64,000 nt of DNA from Felis catus (lineage: Eukaryota): positions 111,416,001 to 111,480,000 of the forward strand of contig NC_058373.1 in NCBI RefSeq assembly GCF_018350175.1, read 5' to 3'. The number at the start of each line of letters is the position of its first letter. Position 1 is the first letter of the stretch. The notes beneath the pieces were generated by a model. It had not been told where the DNA came from, made no database searches, and saw only the letters and a list, made by a program, of their open reading frames with translations. This document shows positions 13,605 through 24,945 of this stretch, one piece after another. Both the position numbers and the translations under genes were made by a program.

Positions 13605-15013
13605 TGGGTTCATTCATTTAAAGGCAGTAAAATTCTGTAATTGAAATTTGTTCTCATTCTTTGTGATTTTTTTTTTTTTTTTTTTTTTTAGGGAAGATAG
13701 GATTTAAAAAATATATATATCACTTAGGAATATCTGAATTGGTGTGAGATTTAAAGTGATGTATACAAAGGTGCTTATCATACTTCTTTCTATCCTTACT
13801 GCCTTCTTTTTTCTATTCTTGCTTTCCCGCCCTTTCTCCAACAAATGTAATGCACAATTACTATGAGTTTGGAACACAAAATGATTTAAGACCCTGCAGT
13901 TCGGAAGCTGATAATTTAGTAGGTGAGCGGGAAATGTAAGTTAATAGTTGCAATGTAAGAAGCCCCCTAATTTCCTATATAATAATATGTTCCCCAAAAT
14001 GTGTTTGAAAATAAATATTCACATGGCAGAGAGGTAGGAGATGTTTGGGTATTTTATGGGGAGTTACTCCACAGAGCCAAATCTGTCATTATAAAACATC
14101 AAATTCTAGTTTCTGGTCATGTTGTCTCTTGGGACCAGGAATCCTAGTTAGTACACAACATCAAAAGTATCTGAGTGGGATACGTGTCCTTGGGCTGAAC
14201 AAATGGATCTTGGGCCCAACTTTGGCTCCTTGTAGAGAGGGGTGCAGCCTCTGGAATTTGAGCCCTGTTACTGGAATGATAGGTATATGAAGCTGGGGGG
14301 AAAAGGATCTTTCTTGCCCTGCTGTGACAGTGTGACCTGGCTACTTAAAGGATGCTTCCCACTCACATGTTTGATCACCTAGGATGTCTGTTTGCAACTC
14401 AGCAATTTCTATAGCTCTACACTGTCCCAAGGGAGAAATCAAGAACTGTTGGGAGTAGGTCTTGGGAAGAGTTAGGCCAGACAATAGGACACCGGCCCTG
14501 CAGGATTTTATAATGAAAGGTTTAGTCACCCCTTCACCCTTACCATTCCAACTTTTATGTATATGTGGCCAAGGCTTTGTCTGTGGTAGGACAGGGAAAT
14601 AAGGTAGGGTGAGTTAATTTGTTTTTTCATCATAGGCCAGGATAATATTTTTGTTTATCTCTACTTCAGTGAGGCCTGGCTTCAAACTTCTTCTAATTCC
14701 TTAGCATTGTGAGCTACCAGAGCTTCATGAAGTAACTCAAAATCATTGATAAAATGATATCTAAGAGACTGAATTTGGTGTTCTGAAGGTAGTTTGAGGG
14801 AATCAGTCTGTAATGTGTGAAATGTGTTGAGTTGTATGAAGTTTAGTCCTGGTCTACTTAGTGTGGTAAATACAATTGACGTACTTGTAAAACTCAGTAG
14901 TAGCACATGGGGAGGAATAATAAATTGTGCCTAGATGGTAATTAAAGGGTTTACAGAGGAGGGAATACTTGAACTTGTCAGTAAATGGGTGGCTTCAAAA
15001 GTAGATCTAATAT

Positions 15014-15234
15014 GAGGCTCCTGGGTAGCTCGGTCGGTTAAATATCCCACTCTTGATTTTGGCTCAGGTCATGATTTCATAGTTCCTGAGTTTGAGCCCC
15101 TCATCAGGCTTGCAGAGCTTGCTTGGGATTCTCTCTCCCCCCCCCCCCCCCCCCCCCCCCCCCCGCTCCTCCCCTGCTCATGCATTTTCTCTGTTTCTCT
15201 CAAAACACATAAATAAACTTTAAGAAACAAAAAT
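15014..15234 (+). mobile_element. CAN-SINE with C28 homopolymer
   Basis: TSD aaaagtagatctaata; C run at 15137-15164. Confidence 0.92.
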
Positions 15235-15595
15235 AAAAGTAGATCTAATAGTGGAAGTTTCGGCCTGATAATGCTGATATCTTAAAACCTTACTCAAATC
15301 AGAAAGAACTTGTGTCCAGAATGTATTATTTGGGACTGAGCTCTCTTGAATATCTTTATACATCAATTCTTCATATACAAACTTTAGCAGCTTCTAAGCT
15401 GCCCTTAGTAAATTTTCATTGTGAATTACACATTAGATGATTGAATGTTTTTTAAGTGGAATAACCATTAACTGAACGTTAAGATTCAGGTACTGTGTTG
15501 AATGCCAAGACACCCACAACATACAACATGAATTAAAGTCTTCAAGAAGCAAAAGGCCAGAGGAAAGACAGAAATCTCTAAAATTGTGACAAATA

Positions 15596-16486
15596 GGGGC
15601 ACCTGGGTGGCTCAGTCGGTTAAGCGTCCGACTTCAGCTAAGGTCACGATCACGCGGTCCGTGAGTTCGAGCCCCGCGTTGGGCTCTGGGCTGACCACTC
15701 AGAGCCTGGAGCCTGCTTCAGATTCTGTGTCTCCCTCTCTCTCTGCCCCTCCCTGGCTCACGCTCTGGCTCTCTCTCAAAAATAAACAAACAGGGGCGCC
15801 TGGGTGGTGCAGTCGGTTAAGCGTCCGACTTCAGCCAGGTCACGATCTTGCGGTCCGTGAGTTCGAGCCCCACGTCAGGCTCTGGGCTGATGGCTCGGAG
15901 CCTGGAGCCTGTTTCCGATTCTGTGTCTCCCTCTCTCTCTGCCCCTCCCCCGTTCATGCTCTGTCTCTCTCTGTCCCAAAAATAAATAAAAAACGTTGAA
16001 AAAAAATTAAAAAAAAATAAACATTAAAAAAAAAATTGAAAAAACAACAACAACACTCTGTCCAGCAAGGCTATCATTTAGAATAAAAGGAGAGATGGTT
16101 TCGCAGACAAACAAAAACTAAAGGAGTTTATGACCATTAAACCAGCCCTGCAAGAAAAACTAAAGGGGGCTTTTTGAGTGGAAAGGAAAGACCAAAAATG
16201 GCAGTTTGAAGGTCGGAAACACAAAAGCAGTAAAAATGAATATTCTATTTAAAAAATCATTCAAGGGGCGCCTGGGTGGCTCAGTCGGTTGAACGTCCAA
16301 CTTCAGCTCAGGTCATGATCTCGCGGTCCTGTGAGTTCAAGCCCCGCGTTGGGCTCTGGGCTGATGGCTCAGAGCCTGGAGCCTGCTTCCGATTCTGCCT
16401 CCCTTTCTCTCTGCCCCTCCCCCGTTCATGCTCTGTCTCTCTCTGTCTCAAAAATAAATAAACGTTAAAAAAAATAAAAAAAAAAT
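15596..16486 (+). mobile_element. Composite insertion: SINE A (from 15596), nested SINE B (from 15793), L1 ORF1-end fragment (16055-16264), SINE C (16265-16486)
   Basis: Single TSD aaaattgtgacaaata at 15580-15595 and 16487-16502; the L1 piece translates LCPARLSFRIKGE / DKQKLKEFMTIKPALQEKLKGAF* (ORF1p C-terminus, with a frameshift). Confidence 0.9.
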
Positions 16487-16636
16487 AAAATTGTGACAAA
16501 TAGGGAATTGTGCTCTTAAAAGTGTGCTTTTGAAAGAATGGGGAGGGAGTGATGATATCCTCTGAGTGGAGAATTAGGGAGTTTGAGAATGATGCTTGAT
16601 GGAGATGACAATTGAGTTGATAGCAGAGGTACTTTT

Positions 16637-16892
16637 ATTGTTTTTTAATTTTAAATTAAACATTTTTTAAAATATTTATTTATTTATTTATTTTGAAAGA
16701 GAGAGTGAGAGAGACAGCGTGAGCAGGGGAGAGGCAGAGAGAGGAAGAGAGAGAATCCCAAGCAGGCTCCACAATCAGCATGGAGCCCAGTGTGGGGCTC
16801 TGTCTCATGATCTGTGAGATCATTACCTCAGCTGAAATCAAGGATGAGACACTGAGTCGGATGCTTAACCAACTGAGCCACCCAGGCACTCC
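16637..16892 (-). mobile_element. CAN-SINE
   Basis: SINE body; TSD cagag(g/a)tactttta. Confidence 0.93.
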
Positions 16893-17084
16893 ACAGAGAT
16901 ACTTTTAAAGCTAAATTTCAAGTACCTGGTCTCTAAAGTTTAACTCTAGACTTTACTGGTTAAGTTATAATAGCATTTAGTTACATATGTATACAAGGGA
17001 ATTACTTTTTGTTCTTTTTCTTTTTCTTTCTTTTCTTTTCCCATAGCATTTAGTTACATATGTATGCAAAGAGATTTACTTCTT

Positions 17085-17097
17085 TCTTTTCTTTTCT

Positions 17098-17166
<69 letters not shown>

Positions 17167-17363
17167 TTTCTAAAACTTACTTATCTTGAGAGAAAGAGCA
17201 CATGAGCAGGGGAGGGGCAGAGAGAGAGGGAAAGAGAGAGAAGTAGGCTCTGCACTGTGAGGGCAGAGCCAGATGTGGGGCTCAGACTCATGAACCATGA
17301 GATCATGACCTGAGCTGAAACCAAGAGTAAGATGCTTAACTGACTGAGCCACCTAGGCATCCC
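17085..17363 (-). mobile_element. CAN-SINE with (TTTC)n tail
   Basis: SINE body 17170-17363; tail expanded into a TTTC microsatellite. Confidence 0.92.
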
Positions 17364-17566
17364 GAGAATTACTACTTTTAATAAGGACCCTCACGTTTTG
17401 TGTGGTTCAAACCAAAAATATATTTTTCTTGGCATGTTACATTTACTAGTAATATTACTATAAATATGACTGTACTATCACTACTGCTGCTGTAAACTAC
17501 TTCTGTCATTACTATTAGTACTTCTATTAGTACAATGTTCTAATGGTATTACTCCTTGTCCTACCA

Positions 17567-17567
17567 C

Positions 17568-17599
<32 letters not shown>

Positions 17600-17619
17600 C
17601 TCCTCCTTCTCCTCCTCCT
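17567..17619. repeat. Imperfect (CCT)n tract
   Basis: Direct reading. Confidence 0.9.
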
Positions 17620-17666
17620 ATTTCTGGGTAATACTTGTTTTTACTAGGAACCACTTTAAGTTCTTT

Positions 17667-17909
17667 TTTGTTTTAATTTTTAATTAAGTTTTTTAAGTTT
17701 TTATTAAAAATTTTTTTGAATGTTTATTTTTGAGGGGGGGGAGGGGCAGAGAGAGAGGGAGACACAGAATCTGAAGCAGGTTTCAGGCTCTGAGCTGTCA
17801 GCACAGATCCTGATGTGGGGCTTGAACTCATGAGCTGGGAGATTGTGACCTGAGTCGAAGTTGGATGCTTAACCAACTGAGCCACCCAGGCCCCCTGTTG
17901 TTTTTATTT

Positions 17910-17947
<38 letters not shown>

Positions 17948-18219
17948 AAGTGAGCAAGCAGGGAAGGGCCAGAAAGAAGGGGAGACAGAGGATCTGAAGT
18001 GGGCTCCGTGTTGAGTGGAGAGCCCCATGTGGGGCTGGAACTCATGAACCATGAGATCATGACCTGAACTGAAGTTGGATGCTTAACCAACTGAGCCACC
18101 CAGGCCTCTCTAATTTATTTTTTATTTTAAGTAATCTCTGTGTCCAGCATCGGGCTTGAGCTCACTACCCCCAAATCAAGAGTCACATGCTGTACCAACT
18201 CAGCCAGCCAGGTGCACCT
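17667..18219 (-). mobile_element. Three nested CAN-SINEs (two long, one short form)
   Basis: Bodies at ~17690-17895, ~17900-18110 and ~18111-18219; one outer TSD actttaagttcttt at 17653-17666 and 18220-18233. Confidence 0.9.
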
Positions 18220-19116
18220 ACTTTAAGTTCTTTATAGTTTTGTTTTATTCTTTGGAGTTCTTTACAGTTTTAAGATGGGAGATAAGATCAACTTTTAGGA
18301 AGGATTTTCAAGGGTATTGATTGAAAAACAGTGACTACTTCACTAAAACTTAATAAAATTATCCCCATTTTCAAAAAGTTTTCTGATAATTCTAAGTTCT
18401 AGTTAGAAAGGTTATCCTATGTTATCTCTTTCATAATGTTTCTTGGTAAGTATTATTATATGCGTGGTAATAGGATTGACTTTTATGATTAGATTTATTC
18501 CAAATAAAAATTATTCCTAAATATGAAGCTTTTTTCTACTTAAGTATGTGCTTTTTTGTTGTTGTTGTTGTTGTTACTCTTGATATTTCCCTGGACATTT
18601 AGGTTAGTCAGGGTGTTTGTGTGGTTTAGAATTGCTGTAGGGAGCATAAGCTATAGAGTAAGGCAGGTATGGTCTGATTCCTGACTTGGATACTAGCTAG
18701 GCTTGGGTAGTTCACTTAGACATTTAGTTAGAAGACCAGGTGTTTGTAAAATGTTGAGAGCACTCTAAGGGTACTCTGTGATATTCAAATGCTTGAGAGC
18801 TCTGATTGTTCCTTGTCTTTCTTTTTGGTCAGTAGAGGTTGGAAGTGCATTCACAGTCACAGAAATCTTTGTACGTATGCTTACTATTCTGAAAAGAGAT
18901 TCTGTCTTCCACTGTATATAGTTATGTATCTTAGATACTTCAGTTTTTAGAGAAATAGTGTTACTATGGTTTAGGGTCTGAGTTACTGGCTTGAGGAAAT
19001 TTGATATAGGCAACTTCAGAAGAGAAGATAAATCTCATTTAAAAAATATTGCTTACTGTGCTACCAGTTAGTAATGACTTGTAATATGGAAATATTCTTA
19101 AAAATTCTAGGAAATA

Positions 19117-19281
19117 GGCACCTAGGTGGCTCTATTGAGTGTCTGATCTTGATTTTGTCTCGGGTCATGATTCTAGGGTCTTGAAATCAAACCCTGTGAG
19201 CCCGTTTGAGATTCTGTCTCTCTCCCTCTGACTCTTCCCCGGGTTTGTGCTCTCTCTCAACAAACAAACAAATAAACAAGC
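19117..19281 (+). mobile_element. Older, decayed CAN-SINE
   Basis: aggcacctaggtggctc head; TSD aaaat(t/c)ctagga. Confidence 0.85.
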
Positions 19282-19439
19282 AAAATCCTAGGATAATTGT
19301 ACTTTCATGATGGTTTATTACGTGTATTTTGTATTTTGGGAGTTTTAAAGGGGAAGGGGATCTGTTAAAAACATATTGGATTCTTTTGCACATTAATAAG
19401 TTACTTGGCAGTTTGAATAATTGTAAATGAAAGTAGAAT

Positions 19440-19562
19440 TATTATTAATTTAATTTAATTTTATTTTATTAATTAACTAGGCTCCACACCCAACCTGGGG
19501 ATTGAACTCACAACCCCTAAATCAAGAGTCCTGTGCTCAGGACCGAGCCAGCCAGGTGCCCC
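19440..19562 (-). mobile_element. Short-form CAN-SINE
   Basis: ...atcaagagtc...gagccagccaggtgcccc; TSD aagtagaatt. Confidence 0.88.
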
Positions 19563-19739
19563 GGAAGTAGAATTTTCATTTTATTTAATTCTAGATTCTA
19601 GAGGACACTTTACAAAACATTTAGTCAGTCAATTAGTAGAGTGGTACTTTTTATACTTACTGTTAAGTTAAAAACTGGAATTTGTAGAGTGATAGTATTC
19701 TACATGACACTTTATCAAAGAGATTGTATTCATTGACAG

Positions 19740-20215
19740 CTTCATATAAACTCTTCCTGACCACTCAGTGTAAAATAAATATCTAGTTTTTATCATATAT
19801 TGTGTATGACACTTTATGTGTGTGTGTACATGTGTTTGTATTTGTTTATTGAGTATTTTCTTACCAGGATGAAAGTTCCATGAGTTTTTTTTTTTTTTTA
19901 ATCAAAATATTTATTAGATGCTTAACTGTACATGGCCTGAGTTGTGAATGGGCTTTGTTAAAAGCTTGAGTGCCTGGCTAAACCCAGGAAAACTGCCTCC
20001 TTTTCATGTTTACAGAGCAGCTACTGCTGATAGTTGGGCCAGTCCTATGGCCTGCAAAGGAGGGGATGAATATACCAGAGCAGGATTCTGCTAAATTGGA
20101 ATGGAGCCAGAGTTAAGGGCGCTAAGCCAACCCTTCCAGCCAACCCTTCAAGATATATCCTGAGCACCTAAAATAGCACCTGATACTTAGTAGGTGATCA
20201 ATGAATATTTGATGG
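19740..20215 (+). mobile_element. L2 3'-end relic, split by the 19885-20152 insert
   Basis: gatgaaagttccatgag | tatatcctgagcacctaaaatagcacctgatacttagtaggtgatcaatgaatatttg follows the L2 terminal motif order. Confidence 0.7.
19885..20152 (-). other. Orphan polyadenylated retro-insertion (unidentified 3' UTR-like sequence)
   Basis: T15 at 19885-19899; TTTATT (minus-strand AATAAA) at 19910-19915; ~250 bp GC-richer sequence that I do not recognise as a repeat. Confidence 0.65.
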
Positions 20216-20232
20216 AGGATCTTTCTTTTTTC

Positions 20233-20263
<31 letters not shown>

Positions 20264-20343
20264 TTAATTATTTGTTTTTGAGAGGAGGAGTGGCAAGGAT
20301 CAGATTTGAGTGAGATATAAATAACTTTAAGTTATTCATTTTC

Positions 20344-20562
20344 TTTTTTTTTTAATTTTTTTTTAATGTTTATTTTTTGAGAGAGAGATTGACATAGTGT
20401 GAGCATGGGAGGGGCAGAGAAAGAGAGGAAGACAAGAATCTGAAGCAGGCCCCAGGCTCTGAGCTGTCAGCACAGAGCCCGACGTGCTCGAACCCACGAA
20501 CCGTGAGATCATGACCTGAGCCGAAGTTGGACATTCAACCGACTGAGCCACCCAGGCGCCCC
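20344..20562 (-). mobile_element. CAN-SINE
   Basis: SINE body; TSD ttaagttattcattttc. Confidence 0.95.
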
Positions 20563-20670
20563 ATTAAGTTATTCATTTTCATAAAGACTATGCTGGGAAA
20601 GCATATTTGCATAATGAAGGAATACATTTCAATGTTTAAAAAATGAGAATTAAGAACTCATTAGTTTTAA

Positions 20671-20886
20671 ATTTTTTTTTTTAACGTTTTTATTTATTTT
20701 TGGGACAGAGAGAGACAGAGCATGAACGGGGTAGGGGCAGAGAGAGAGGGAGACACAGAATCGGAAACAGGCTCCAGGCTCCGAGCCATCAGCCCAGAGC
20801 CTGACGCGGGGCTCGAACTCACGGACCGCGTGATCGTGACCTGGCTGAAGTCGGACGCTTAACCGACTGCGCCACCCAGGCGCCCC
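20671..20886 (-). mobile_element. Very young felid CAN-SINE
   Basis: Perfect 19-bp TSD aagaactcattagttttaa at 20652-20670 and 20887-20905; many CpGs retained. Confidence 0.97.
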
Positions 20887-21084
20887 AAGAACTCATTAGT
20901 TTTAAGCCTTGCTAGTTTTCATCATTGTAACCTGTTAAAGGAAAATAGAAATTGTGATAATTAAATTAAAAATTCAAGAGAAATTTTGATTGGTAGAGTG
21001 ATAATATATTTGTAATAAAAATTATGATTAAAATTTTAGAAAAATTGCATGCCATGAAATCTCCAAAAGTTAAAAAGTCAAAGT

Positions 21085-21542
<458 letters not shown>

Positions 21543-21937
21543 TAGGGTTTAATTGTCCTGCTAAATAAATCTTATTACTTTGTTATGTAGAGTTATAATG
21601 ATTGATTTAAGGGATTACGAATGAGTCATCAATGCTTTTCTCTTGCAGTTAGTGATTTCAAACCTTTTTTGTGTTGGTAGCAATGAAAAATTACTTAAGT
21701 CCTCGCTGGACGTGAAGAAACTCAAAGTTGCCTTTGGTTGTATCTTCATGAAATGTGAACGGTAGATTAAATTGTCTTTTTACTAATATAAACACAAAAA
21801 GAACTAGTCTAGATTTTTTTCTTGGCTTGTATGTCATTTACAGTTTTTTCCCCCTGAAGATGTACTCCTCATTTCAATACATGTTAAAATTGATGAGTAT
21901 ACTTAATATGTTTTAGTGGGCCTCCTCATCAGTCTTA

Positions 21938-22026
21938 CTAGCCATATTTTAGTGCTCTCCAGCCACATATGACTAGTGATTGTTATATTGGGCAGTGTAG
22001 ATATAGAACATTTCCTTCTTGCAGAT
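21938..22026. mobile_element. hAT-Charlie MITE fragment (MER3-like)
   Basis: tagccatatttt-agtgctc...agccacatatgactagtg...gatatagaacatttcc. Confidence 0.75.
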
Positions 22027-22865
22027 ATACCTGATATAGACATTTTTTCTTACAGATTTTAATGATTCAGGTAATTATGATTTTTCAGGTAAGATTCTCA
22101 GTATTTTTTGTAAGACATTTGTACTATGAACTATATTTTGATTATTATGTTATATCATGGATACTCCACTAATTTTTGTTATTCTGTTTTAAAATGTCAT
22201 TTTTATCTAATTTTGAGACTAGCTTCCATTTTGTAATATAATTTAATGGGAAATTTTGAGATAGTAACTAGAAATTGTCCTTACAGGTAACACAGAACAT
22301 TAATCTTGTTAAGTGAGGTAATGAATAGAACTGTGAAAATTCATTTTAAGGCTTTTACTATCAGTATTTTAGGAATGTGGAGCTTTTAAAAGCTCTTCTA
22401 GCTCCTAATGTGTTTTCATTAAACATGATAATAATGTATTTGTCAGTATAGTACTGGGCTTATAAAAGTTGCTGATTAGATGTTAGTTCTTTTAATACAT
22501 AGATTTGATGCATGGTTCCCAAACTGGATGATTGTAAGAATTCCCTCAGGAGTGTTTTTTAAAAATACAGATATCCAAGGCATATATATTATATAACATA
22601 TGTATTAATGCATACAAAGGATTTTGTGCAATTATTCCTTAGCATTAACTCCTTGGGATAGAATTGTTGGCTCAAAAGATTTGAATTATTGTTTAGATTT
22701 TTGATTTATAGTAACAAATTCCCTTCAGAAAAGTTGCACCAATTTACAAACTTTTCCTTATATTTTCTCTACACTGGGTATTATTCAACTTTTAATATTT
22801 CTCAGTTGATTAAAAAATCTCTTGTTTTAGTTTGTAATTGATTGTGAGCGCAAGTCAGCATTTTT

Positions 22866-22932
22866 CATAATTTTTTTAATGTATTTTGAGAGAGAGTGGG
22901 GGGGGAAGGCGAGGAGAGTGCGAGATGGGGAG

Positions 22933-22985
<53 letters not shown>

Positions 22986-23100
22986 CCCAGGCTGTCAGTG
23001 CAGACCCTGACAAGGGGGGCTTGACCCCAGGAATCCTGATCACAACCTGAACCGAAATCAAGAGTTAGATGCTTAACCAACTGAGCCACCCAGGTGCCCC
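22866..23100 (-). mobile_element. CAN-SINE with (GA)n
   Basis: SINE body ending ccacccaggtgcccc. Confidence 0.92.
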
Positions 23101-23608
23101 TGCCTGTTTTTGCTATCTGTTCTTGCACACACCTAAGCCTCTTAGTTTGATCAGCAGTAAGCTGAATGATAGGGATAGAAGGCAAGACTAAGAAGAGGAA
23201 TTGGTGTTCAGAAGAGTGGGGTGATTTTGGTTATTGTGCCTGGTACAGATAGGTGCAAAAATGTTAAATCTATCACAGATCTACAAGATTCTTGTACGTA
23301 TTTCCATCCATTGTCTCGTAAATGGTATCTTTTTGGAATGTTCCTTTTCAGTTTGAGAGTGGAGGAATTGGCTTTAAAATTTTCTTACATTAAAAAAACC
23401 AAATATTTTGTTACTGTTATTTAAAAACCATTGATTATATTTGTTTCTGGTTTTTATTGGAATCAGTTTGAAATAATGCCATTAATGATGCCATCTAACA
23501 CAACTATTTCTTTTGATTTCTTGCCTATGTGTAAATATGATAGACAGAAATTCTTAATTTTGGGGACTTTTTATCTTTGTGTCAGTAGTGCCTCATAGTA
23601 TCTGACCC

Positions 23609-24272
23609 TGTAAAAGAAAACTCATTTCCTGTAATTACAACACTTCTGACACCAGATGTGTGGGTTTTCCACACCAAGCAACTCTTTAATTCTCTGAGCA
23701 TACCAATGAGTAGTTAGCACAGGCCCCAGAGGTTAGAGGCTCAGTCCCACACAACTACCCTTCACTTTGGATGCTAGTTGCAAGCAGTGGGTAGCTCACA
23801 CTTCTGTCTGACTTGACTACAAATTGGGAGGGGTCCCATGACTTCCTCCTCAGGTTTTTTAATTGGCTATTATGACTCACAGAACTCAGAAACACTTATG
23901 TTTACCATCTTATTACAAAAGATATAATTAAAGATAACGATGAACAGCAGGATGAAGAGATACATAGGATGCAGCCCAGAAGGATCCTTGAGTGCACAGC
24001 TGCTGGCACATGGATGTGTTTATCAACTTGGATGCTCAACCCTGTATTTGGTAGAGGGTTTTATTGCACAGGCATGATTGGTTATTAAGTCAGTGTCCAG
24101 CTGGACACTGGAAGATAAAGGGTGGGGATGGAAGTTCCAAGTTTATAATCAGGGTTTGGTTTTCTGATGACCAGACCCTATACTGAAGCTATCCTGGAGC
24201 TCACCAAGAGTAGCCTCATTAGAACCAAAGATGCTCCTGTCAGGAAATTTCAAGGGATTTAGGAACTCTGTG
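23609..24272 (-). mobile_element. ERV LTR, MER21-like
   Basis: acacttctgacacc, ggctcagtcccaca, actcacagaactcag and aaatttcaagggatttagga are MER21-type motifs. Confidence 0.75.
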
Positions 24273-24274
24273 TA

Positions 24275-24720
24275 AGTGGTGTGTGTCCCTGTGGGCCGTA
24301 GACAATTGTGTTCAGTCTGAATGGGGTCTTGTAGAGGGGTTATAGGTGCTGGCACTGTCAAGAGCCCTTCTGAATACTGGGGGGCTCTGGTTTCCACGTG
24401 CAGAATAAACTGTTGACAGTTTATTATCAGGCTGAGGCTTCAAGGTTGCAGGAGGATTGTGTTTTTTTCTGAGTGATTGGGACAGCACCCCACTAGAAGT
24501 CCTCACCTACATATTCCATACTCCTTCCCACCAAGTCCCTTCTGTAAACTGTTGGAGAGCCTCTTTCTACTTCACTGACCCTTGAATGTCCTCTACTGAA
24601 AAAGCTTAGCATGGTGCTCGTGTTAAAGGAGGAATACTTAAAGGGATTTTGTTGTTTATCACAAAACATACCTTGAAATACTCATTCAGAACTGAGGGGC
24701 AATAAACTGATAACTGACAT
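24275..24720 (-). mobile_element. ERVL LTR, LTR41/LTR52-like (partial)
   Basis: gaactgaggggcaataaactgataactgaca resembles the reverse complement of the start of the LTR at 26070; left boundary uncertain. Confidence 0.55.
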
Positions 24721-24885
24721 ATGGGTAATATGGATATCCATTTGGATGGATATGGATAACACCCAAATTTGTTTACACAGTCACCTGTTGATGGACAGTC
24801 TGAGTTCTTTCTAGTTATTGGCTCTTAGAAGTAAACTGCCATGAACATTAATATATAGGTTTTTGTATGGACATATATTTTATTT

Positions 24886-24914
24886 TTAAAAATTTTATGT
24901 TTTTATTTATGTTT

Positions 24915-24945
<31 letters not shown>

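Noticed and set aside
13954..14700. GC-richer block that may be an ancient LTR (similar blocks at 2900-3330 and 28460-28840)
   Set aside because: I cannot assign a family or termini by eye.
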